Shown piece after piece: positions 57,101-64,000 of a stretch of 64,000 nt of DNA (positions are counted from its first letter, which is position 1; each line of letters opens with the position of its first letter). Source of the stretch: Lingula anatina (Eukaryota; Animalia; Brachiopoda); contig CM120641.1 of the NCBI GenBank assembly GCA_051362555.1, positions 15,996,001 through 16,060,000 on the forward strand. The letters are read 5' to 3'. The notes under the pieces were generated by a model that saw only the letters and a list, made by a program, of their open reading frames with translations, made no database searches and was not told the DNA's origin. Made by a program: the position numbers and the translations under genes.

Positions 57101-60100
57101 TGCCAGCAACATATTTGTATCATTCATCAAGAATGGTTGTCATGCCCCCCCTACACACACGCACGCACGCACACACGCACACACACACACACACACACTC
57201 CACCTCCACTGGTTACTGCTCTGAGCCATTCTATCTGCTTGAACCACTAAACCATATTTGTATACAACCAGAAAACAAAATCAGTGCATGATGAAATCAG
57301 CTTTAGGCATGGATATTCAGAGAGTAGGCAAACATTTCAAACTTTTTTAATATTGTGACATTTCATAGTAGTTTCTGTAATATAAGGGCCCCTCTTAGTA
57401 ATTGTTATTTTTACAAGTAAAGAATTCAAGACAGGGTATGGTGTAATGATAAAAGGAAATTCTTCTCAGTCGACTAAAAGAGACAGCCAAGTGTAAATAA
57501 ACCAATGTCAGACACTATGTCATGAACAATTTCCTTAAACCCATTTCGAAAGAACATAATTTACTCAAACCACACCTTAAAGAGCACATATTGCTACTCA
57601 AATTATCAAGATGGGGGGGAGGGGGGAGGCTAGCATCCCCCTACAGCCAGAACATGCACTGGATGACAGGATGACATGAGATGGTAGAAATTGCTACCTA
57701 GCACCTGCTTCATGACGTCAGCCCTAATTATTTTTGTTAAAACCAAAGAGCACCAGCTCTATATAATCACAATGTGTCATAAGTCTCCAAAAACTGGAAA
57801 AAAAATAAATAAATAAATAAATAAATATATAAAAGAAGGTTGTATGCCATGATATGTAAATATCTCACACAAAATAATGTCAGTAACAGAAAACATACAT
57901 TGAAATTATGCCAAACATCCACAATTGAAAACATTCCATTCAGATCATACAAACTTATTCTTAGCCAAATGCACGGGTAAAAAATGTGGCTGTATGCCTA
58001 ACATGGAACAGACTCATAATATTTAATATATTGAAAATTGTGGGATAAGATTTTTCCAGAATGTTCTGAACTGAAACTGTCAGTGAAACTATTGAAAAAA
58101 AGTATGTTTTACATGATCTATCACACCATGGTTATATGTACAAGTACTGTCAGTTTACCTAACTTATCATAAAATTCCCATCAATTCAAATTCCTAGAAA
58201 ACCGCAATACCTTCTATGAATCCATCATTATCAGGCATAAAATCTTGGATATAGCTCACAGAAGACATTTTAATAGGACTAGTTAGATGTAATTAATATA
58301 ACCTTAGTTTACACTGAACATGATTAAGCCTATAATAACAGTTATCCTGAACTTCATTTTTCTAACGTACACACTATAATATGCCCCTGACTGTGGTCCA
58401 ATGCACCCACCACGGGACTTGGGATCTATTGGGGTTATTTCTTAGGCTGTATTCCCAGAGCTTTTAGATCGATCTATCCCGCGGGGAGTCTCACTAGATT
58501 ACTGTCAGATAATCCGGCTTTAATGTCCGTCCCGCCTACTACAAGCTGTAAGGGGGTAATTAACTTTCGTGTCCGCCCGGCTGACAGCTATTTAGCATGA
58601 ACCCCCAGGGAGTTAGGTCAATCTAAAGTAGATCGATCTAATCTCTGGAAATGGGGTCTTAAACCCTGCAGTTAAAAATGGTTATCTACATTTGAAGTAC
58701 ATGTTCACAAATTAGACAATTCATCTTATTATTTAACTCCCATCTGATCATTCGGGATTCTACGAGATATGCACGCGTGGGGCTCAATTCTGCGTTCGCT
58801 TGTCTTCGTGCTCACACGTGCACTCGATTATTCATTGATTTTTTATAATTTACGTGGTTTTTAACGACTGATCATACTCTATTGTGAGAGATTGCTTGAC
58901 AGACAATCTTTTGTACTGATTGACACTGGATTTTTAGCATGTCGTCGGTTCAGACCGGACTGCAAAGCGACTTAGTTAGCGCTATTATTGCTCAGGCTGA
59001 GGCAAGCCGGAGTGGCGCAGAGCGGGCTTCAGGAAAGGATGCTAGCTCAGCAAAATCGACTACCACAACCAAATCTAGTGGTAATAGGGATAAAAGACTA
59101 CGAACCCTCTGCTTATAGCAAAAGAGCAACGCTGACAAAGGAAGTCAGCTTCACGGATATTACTTTTTATTTTGTGCATACAGGAAATCAGTAAAATGAG
59201 TGGGAACAAGTTAATGAAGAGAAAGTACAACTGTGTACATCTTTGTAACACATAAAAAAGTACTATTACTAGTTTCTTATGCAACTCATAAAAATCCAAA
59301 GAGAATTTTAATAAATTGTCTACTATAAGATAGGCCATCCTTTCTTGGACAGGCTGTCCAATATAACATATCTGGACAGCTCAATAGCTTATAACCTTTA
59401 ACTTAATTTTTTTTCAGGAAATAATGAAACGAAACACTGGTCTTTCCTTTATTTATACTACTTGAGACTATATGGTGGCATTTGGATGGGTATGGTGACA
59501 CCAATTTCACATATATCTAATTGCCTACTATGCATCTTTTTAAGCCTATTGGTAATTCTTGTTATGCACAGGTGTTAAAGGTGTATTACACAAAATGTGT
59601 TTTCCTATTGAAATGTTTTTTTTCCTTGCCCTAGCTAGTATCAATGTAAAAAGTGGGATTAATCAACTGTGGCCCTATTGGAGTTAACTGGATGATATTC
59701 TACTTGCTAGTGTGAATGGGACTTATGTGTGACATAACATTATCTTCTAATAAACAGGACAGGTAAGGGGGATAATCAACCATTTCAAAGTAAAAAAGAA
59801 ATTATAAAAAAAAAAAGATTTCAGGTATTTACAACAAAGCATTTGACTTCTGCTTAATAGAGATCTGAAAAGTAAGTAGCACAAGCATATCCAGACATAG
59901 TACTATTAAATGATGTGATGTGATGGCTTGTCACCGCAGACAACATAAGTAAGATAATTTAGTGGACGTTGTGGTTATTTGGCAGGATGTACCAAACCAT
60001 GCAACTTGTCATTGAATAACTAGTATGAACTGCACTTGAAGGAAACAGGAATTGATAATAAGGAGTGTCTCTTTTATTCTCAGTCGGAGATTATCCCCAC

Positions 60101-60658
60101 CACACGTAATGCCACTGAAAATCTGCACTCGTGCTAAAATCTTTGTTTAAACTACAGCTTTTGGACTACCAACAAGTTACTGATCTCCAAAACGTGATAA
60201 TATCTCGCGGACAAAACGTTATAAAGGGAACTGCCGGGTCTTATCGCTTATATCTCCTTAACAGAAGCTCGCATCAGTCAGGTAGAAAACAACCGTTCTG
60301 CTGCTCCCAGTGAATGTAATCAACAAGTGTAAAATGCGAGGTCCCATGGGCGCCGCCATGTTGTATAACAGGGGTTTTATAACCTAATTTGTAGCAGCTC
60401 CAGCATGATCGACCCTCATTACAATTTCCGACAGCCTTTAACAACTTTCCGATTCCACTCTACACCTACTAAAGTGGTAAAATGAATGAATGACCCAAAC
60501 CTTAGATAGAGATCTTAGATGGTAGATAATATACACGCAAAGCGCAACACGTTGATTACATGTGCTCTAGTCTGTCCGATCGCTCGACTCGACTTACCTG
60601 TCTCCTTGGATAAGATAGCTATAGCTACTGTTATGATCACGATTACTTCCAGCCTCAT
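2694..60658 (-). CDS. LRP1: LRP1-like (LDL receptor-related protein 1) multi-exon gene, 3'-incomplete in this window
   Basis: 74 exons join in frame with GT..AG boundaries. Domain order is SP, LDLa x3, EGF x2, propeller-EGF x2, LDLa x8, EGF x2, (propeller-EGF) x4, LDLa x10, EGF x2, propeller-EGF, LDLa x11, EGF. The 8/10/11 cluster sizes match vertebrate LRP1 rather than LRP2/megalin. LRP1-like motifs include [42 protein letters not shown] and CIPFWWKCD. Confidence 0.93.
2879..2974. repeat. Compound microsatellite (GT)11(GA)37
   Basis: Directly visible. It fills more than half of the 178-nt intron 2811-2988. Confidence 0.95.
7187..9775 (-). CDS. LRP1: LRP1 EGF, cbEGF, beta-propeller 7 and EGF
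   Basis: Exons 9656-9775, 9176-9301 ([24 protein letters not shown]), 8685-8893, 7618-8200 ([33 protein letters not shown]) and 7187-7334. Confidence 0.93.
9758..9977. repeat. Diverged ~111-bp tandem duplication spanning a splice acceptor
   Basis: catccacacactt..tgtgatggt..aaattgcaaatat..ctgttaatag..aaaataatgaattcaacc starts at both 9758 and 9869. Confidence 0.85.
10162..13080 (-). CDS. LRP1: LRP1 LDLa cluster III (10 repeats)
   Basis: Exons 12952-13080, 12428-12655 (2 repeats), 11971-12126, 11636-11764, 11362-11481, 11105-11233, 10717-10830 and 10162-10410 (2 repeats). Confidence 0.92.
13613..13711. repeat. Imperfect inverted repeat (~35-bp arms), probable foldback/MITE remnant
   Basis: Left arm agatacaacacttgtcgccgagctgtacgtgaaa. 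Reverse complement of right arm agatacaatacgtgtctccgagctgtatgtgaaa. Confidence 0.7.
13728..16384 (-). CDS. LRP1: LRP1 beta-propeller 6 and EGF
   Basis: Exons 16154-16384, 15493-15679 ([16 protein letters not shown]), 14719-14923 ([16 protein letters not shown]), 14214-14412 (YLYWTDW) and 13728-13856. Confidence 0.92.
16715..19212 (-). CDS. LRP1: LRP1 beta-propeller 5 and EGF
   Basis: Exons 19075-19212, 18668-18802 ([10 protein letters not shown]), 18345-18474 (NLYWTD), 17805-18086 ([13 protein letters not shown]), 17323-17459 and 16715-16834. Confidence 0.92.
21063..25579 (-). CDS. LRP1: LRP1 beta-propeller 4 and following full-length EGF exon
   Basis: Exons 25352-25579, 24689-24863, 24291-24421 and 23763-24053, then EGF exon 21063-21197 ([38 protein letters not shown]). 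Confidence 0.88.
21856..21954 (-). CDS. LRP1: Candidate alternative (paralogous, truncated) EGF exon: [33 protein letters not shown]
   Basis: 99 nt, phase 1-1, aag| acceptor and CAG|GTGATA donor, open in the LRP1 frame. It has a clear PCxxxNGGCxxLCLP EGF signature but lacks the C5-C6 loop. Confidence 0.6.
25909..30048 (-). CDS. LRP1: LRP1 EGF x2, beta-propeller 3 and EGF
   Basis: Exons 29932-30048, 28624-28749, 28250-28444 ([23 protein letters not shown]), 27600-27804, 27175-27348 (LFWTDWD), 26723-26870, 26255-26351 and 25909-26034. Confidence 0.92.
28728..28917. repeat. Diverged ~92-bp tandem duplication spanning a splice acceptor
   Basis: caacgctcacagggaaatgca..ggtttcttataaaccaa..tatttcaaaa starts at both 28728 and 28820. 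Confidence 0.85.
29314..29347 (+). promoter_or_regulatory. TATA box and initiator-like site for the nested gene
   Basis: TATAAAAG at 29314 and a pyrimidine-A initiator-like CCATTAC with its A at 29343, about 29 nt downstream and about 60 nt before the ATG. Confidence 0.5.
29406..29816 (+). CDS. Nested, intronless, antisense gene encoding an uncharacterised 136-aa protein (acidic N-terminus, two amphipathic helices)
   Basis: ATG-to-TGA ORF lying wholly inside LRP1 intron 28750-29931. Kozak ccaacATGG, TATAAAA at 29314-29320, protein-like composition and heptad pattern. It does not overlap any LRP1 exon. Confidence 0.7.
   Translation: MENHTRFLHYDSDQWISDSFDSDDISVFEGITNDGMIDNVKQSPDYTEDQLKTIYVKLNRALHQIQLLDNYIQSLKQRYYRATMAGRLASCYSLRLKITTLFGVKQLIYEYALRLSEEAEEMQSFQYLMFFPVQSV
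30099..30161. repeat. A39 homopolymer followed by (TAA)~8
   Basis: Directly visible in LRP1 intron 30049-30401. Confidence 0.9.
30402..33790 (-). CDS. LRP1: LRP1 LDLa cluster II (8 repeats)
   Basis: Exons 33641-33790, 33135-33260, 32614-32739, 32107-32213, 31718-31847, 31193-31321, 30831-30956 and 30402-30530, each with a CxxxxxCDxxxDCxDxxDE motif. Confidence 0.92.
34294..36485 (-). CDS. LRP1: LRP1 beta-propeller 2 and EGF
   Basis: Exons 36246-36485, 35851-36025 ([15 protein letters not shown]), 35350-35569 (MFWSD..VYWID), 34971-35163 (IYWTE) and 34294-34419 ([12 protein letters not shown]). Confidence 0.9.
34395..34588. repeat. Perfect 95-bp tandem duplication spanning a splice acceptor
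   Basis: ttgttattactgcaagccgtactgcctgaag...aaattgtgc starts at both 34395 and 34490. Confidence 0.92.
36776..40116 (-). CDS. LRP1: LRP1 EGF, cbEGF, beta-propeller 1 and EGF
   Basis: Exons 39982-40116, 39523-39648 ([24 protein letters not shown]), 39029-39186, 38669-38771, 38116-38278, 37576-37804, 37103-37292 and 36776-36904. Phases are consistent. Confidence 0.88.
40372..44001 (-). CDS. LRP1: LRP1 LDLa cluster I (three class-A repeats plus a 42-nt linker micro-exon)
   Basis: Exons 43861-44001 ([28 protein letters not shown]), 43033-43155 ([20 protein letters not shown]), 40837-40878 ([13 protein letters not shown]) and 40372-40512 ([24 protein letters not shown]). All are phase 1-1. Confidence 0.88.
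42332..42407. repeat. 35-bp intronic tandem duplication
   Basis: tgaccttagaaaatagtaaaagaacaattccttca occurs twice, followed by tgacct. Confidence 0.85.
48898..49467. mobile_element. MITE, probably PIF/Harbinger-type, with duplicated left end
   Basis: 28-bp TIR TGCCCCTATTTCACACAGACCACGAATC and its reverse complement ending at 49467, with TTA flanking both ends. The left ~169 bp occurs twice (starts 48898 and 49067). CpG-rich relative to host DNA. Confidence 0.82.
51965..52102. mobile_element. Degenerate short MITE related to the 58445 element
   Basis: Ends cccattcccacagatatttggatcaatcta and (reverse complement) gactgggttcccaagcctagatcgatcca share the TTCCCA..GATCGATCTA terminal pattern. Confidence 0.35.
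57153..57198. repeat. Imperfect (CA)n/(CACG)n microsatellite
   Basis: Directly visible. Confidence 0.85.
58445..58657. mobile_element. Small MITE with imperfect TIRs containing TAGATCGATCTA
   Basis: Left end ggctgtattcccagagcttttagatcgatcta. Right end (reverse complement) gaccccatttccagagattagatcgatcta. TTA on both flanks. Confidence 0.55.
60353..60362 (+). promoter_or_regulatory. YY1-type motif CCGCCATGTT in the proximal first intron
   Basis: Matches the CCGCCATNTT consensus within a locally CpG-rich segment about 240 bp into intron 1. Confidence 0.35.
60598..60658 (-). CDS. LRP1: LRP1 exon 1 (coding part): signal peptide [20 protein letters not shown]
   Basis: Minus strand reads gccgccATGAGG (optimal upstream Kozak), then a basic N-terminus and hydrophobic core, then CAG|GTAAGT. 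The phase-1 end joins exon 2 in frame. It lies in a CpG-rich patch. Confidence 0.85.
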
Positions 60659-60689
60659 GGCGGCATGAGAATCCTCTGCCCCAAACGTT

Positions 60690-60840
60690 CTTTAACTGAC
60701 TTCCACCATGCGGCCAAAAGTCAAGACTTCATTCAGATTGCAGCTGAGATTTCGCATCGAATATGGCGCAGTAAGCGAGTGAGCCAATCCTCAATGAACG
60801 AGTCGTGGCTGTGACGTCACAATGTTTATAAATACCATTC
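60690..60840. promoter_or_regulatory. CpG-rich LRP1 promoter/5' region with YY1-like, CCAAT, CRE and TATA motifs
   Basis: AATATGGCG (~60760-60768), CCAAT (60784-60788), palindromic GTGACGTCAC (60811-60820) and TTTATAAATA (60825-60834, reading TATAAA on both strands). All lie just upstream of exon 1. The TSS cannot be determined from sequence. Confidence 0.55.
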
Positions 60841-63210
60841 TTCTGGAAACCCCCAAGGATAGTAGACGAGAGAAAGAGGGGTGTCATCTTAGGGGAATGA
60901 CTATCTTGTTAATCTAGGTCAAGTAAATTGATCCAATATAGTTTGATCTTATTCGGCTGGTGAAATATAATTATTTTTTATAAGGCCAAGTAAAATTTAA
61001 GTCGTGTTTGATGTAGAAGGCTTGCCATCATCTGAATGCTACATGTACATGTGACGTTTGCAGCATTAATATTATTATTTCCTTTTTGTAAAAAGTATTT
61101 GGAAGTCTTGGAACAATTTGTGGTTTTTGCCATTCTTCATAATGACTTTAAACAAAAACCACAAATCTGCAACGATTTGGTTAGTATACCAAGAGCACCA
61201 GCTATCTCAGTTTCGTTACCCCTTTAGCTTAGGGCAATGATGTCTATCAATGATGTGCTTTCAGAAGCACATGTAAATCCATAGGCGAAGGGGGAGGCAA
61301 AAGAAAGCAAAAATTTGTCATAATTCAGCCACATATTTTAGTAAACGATGGACTATTTTTTTTCTTGAATGGTTGCTAGTTTCAGCAAATCCATAGGCAA
61401 AATTTGTTTGAATAAACATTTTCCAGAGAGAACATTGAGCACAGATGTCGATTGGTCTGAAACGGGGCGAACAAAGATTGCGGCAGATGGATCAGGAAGC
61501 AATCAGCAGCTCAACAAGCAAAATATGACACATTCCTGAAAGTTTTTGTCTGTTATTTTTTTTCTTAATTGGCGAATTTTAATCTGAAAGCATGCATGAC
61601 AATGGGAATTTATCCTAGTTTTTTTAGAAACAGTGTCACTATTATATATATATATATATATAAGCAAGGAAAAAATAATTCATAAAAACATTTAAATGTT
61701 TAATTTCTTTTTTAAGTTATAAAAAAATCAATAACAAGCGAGGATATGGCTGCATGTGTATAAATCCTGAAAAGCATAAAATTTATTACTACCAGTTTTT
61801 TTTACACTACTCAAATAAAATTTACATAAAGAATAACCTAGATCTAAATTATAACTTGGTTTAAAAAAAAAAAAAAAAACTATGATATACTGCTTAAAAG
61901 TATATGGTGGTATTTGGTGGTTGGTTTTAGTGGCAATAATTTGATGTCGAATTGCTTAACAGTTATAACAATTATAAAGTTTTTTTAAAAAATCACAGTC
62001 CCATATGTATCCATAATATGGTTTTGATTTTTATATTTTCACCTTTAACAATCTTTACCTTCCAAATTTAAAAAAAATCAAATTTAGTCTTTCAAAAGAA
62101 TGGTTTTCAAAGATGTTTAATTGAAGAAATGTTTTATTTCTTAAAAACATTTTTATTGCAGATTAAACACAATTCAAAAACAAAACAAGCAATAAAAAGT
62201 AACTGAACATAAGACTTCTTATATCAATTATTCACCCAAAGAAGCAAAGCAAGATTATTTCACTACTTTTCATCAAAACATATACTGTACATATAGACCT
62301 CTATGGCTGGAAACTGCATTAAGTCTATACTAACAAACTTTTAACTTGACATTTTTTTAAAGATGACTTTTAAAGTTATCTTTGACTTTAAAAAAATACC
62401 ATCATCTTGTTTGCCTAGTTTCTTAGGTAAGCTAAAAATAAAAGAAAAAATAAATAAACCAATAATTTAAATTCTAAAAATCAGAAGATTCTCAATATCA
62501 CGTTAAAAATGTCTTTCAAAATTAAAAAAAAAATCATTTCCTATTTTGACTAGATTTCTCACTCTTCACACCAAACTTGCAAAGGCCTTTTGCAGCAAAT
62601 CTAACTAAAAATAGCATTCAGGATTTGACAGCAAAGTGATCAAATATATATTGATGCACTGTATGACCAGATTGATTGTGTTTAAGTTATTAACAAGCTG
62701 CATCAAGATCATGACACCATTAAGTTACCATGCTGAAAAAAAAAATTGCCCAATGTCAAAACAGAGGACCTGTAAAAATATGTAGAATATCCCAAGCACC
62801 ACTGAAAAGCATATACTTGTAAATATGATTAGCTCATAAGAAGCAGAAATATATGGAAACTCACTGCTGACTGCCTTCAATAATAAGAAAAATATAGGCG
62901 ATATAGTGATACTAAGTTACTTTAACTATGGTTATAATATACATGAATGATGGGCACTAATCAATGACATATTTACAGAGTAAATAAAACAATCATCACG
63001 TAATTTTTGTTTTTTAAAAAAAGTTTTCAATCACAGCACTTTCTGGGCACAGCCCTGAGGTTCCAAGCCTGTTACATGTGCCACACTACTCTGACAAAAG
63101 ACAACAAAGATGCATGATAGTCAGGTAGAAAATGTTCCCATTTAGAAATGTTTCAGAAACATACAATCCTTTTGTATAATAGGAGCTTTTCAAATTGATA
63201 CATGTATTAT

Positions 63211-63212
<2 letters not shown>

Positions 63213-63271
<59 letters not shown>
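63213..63271. repeat. (AT)~29 microsatellite
   Basis: Directly visible in the upstream intergenic region. A shorter (TA)n lies at ~61643-61662. Confidence 0.92.
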
Positions 63272-63274
<3 letters not shown>

Positions 63275-64000
63275 ATATACAGTAGGCTGGGAGGGTTTAG
63301 GGCTGAAATGAAACCCCCTTTTTGTCAACGTAAAGGTCTGTTTTAAATAAAATTTGAGTCAAAATATGCTACAAGTATGAGGATGGGCAAATAAGGTCCA
63401 CTTTTTTAGATCCCCTTTGAAATTGCTGGTTATTTTAGGTAGCTATCATAAGCTAAACAAAAGCAATCCAATTATCATGCAAATTACTATTCAACAAATG
63501 GGAATGAAAAACACAAAGTGTCACAAGGTTCCATTTTCTACAATTGGCACTGTCTTTTAACAAGATCTCTGATAATAAAAAATTCAAAAGTTCAAAAATG
63601 TATTGGACACCAATGTTTAATCATATCAATGATTACTGATCGATATTTATACACATAAAACACATAGCACTGAGATTTTTTTTCAATAAAAAATAACATT
63701 CCAAGCTATCTTATCTAAAACTGGCTTTCCTAAAGGAATATTGGGGATTGTAGAAGTATGATAAAAGTATAAAATCTAACTGGGATAAATAATTTCTAAT
63801 CAATATTTTGACCACATGCAAGGGTTTTTTTTTTAATTAACATTGAAGCACCAGTTCACAATAAAACCTTCATGTGATGTTTATATGGAAGCAGCAGTAT
63901 AATTATTATTCACTGTGGTATAAATAAAACCCTTGAAATTATAATATCTATATACAATTTATTTATGCAATAAAGGTTTATATCTATAGATAGGTGTATG

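Noticed and set aside
44656-57952. Many 60-108-aa ORFs in intron 1
   Set aside because: AT-rich random-like composition, often non-ATG starts, and no coherent splice structure or motifs.
2694-60658. Alternative identity as LRP2/megalin, LRP1B or vitellogenin receptor
   Set aside because: Cluster sizes 3/8/10/11 and the propeller arrangement fit LRP1. Megalin begins with 7 repeats, LRP1B is a vertebrate paralogue with 12 repeats in cluster IV, and vitellogenin receptors are much shorter.

Overview
AT-rich, CpG-poor animal genomic DNA; the repeat content suggests a mollusc or other lophotrochozoan (inference). About 60 kb is one minus-strand gene encoding an LRP1-type giant LDL-receptor-family protein. 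I traced 74 frame-consistent GT-AG coding exons by eye, from a signal-peptide exon (ATG at 60658) through LDLa clusters I-IV (3+8+10+11 repeats), seven YWTD beta-propellers and the intervening EGF modules. The 3' end (propeller 8, TM segment, NPxY tail) lies beyond the left edge. The notable extras are: an intronless 136-aa ORF with its own TATA box and Kozak context nested antisense in an LRP1 intron (29406-29816); a second, truncated EGF exon beside the normal one, with an RNA hairpin between them; candidate micro-exons; three tandem duplications that each copy a 3' splice site; uORFs; a Helitron-like element carrying a ~146-bp AGGTCA-rich satellite; and several MITEs. Coordinates were read manually and may be off by a few bases.
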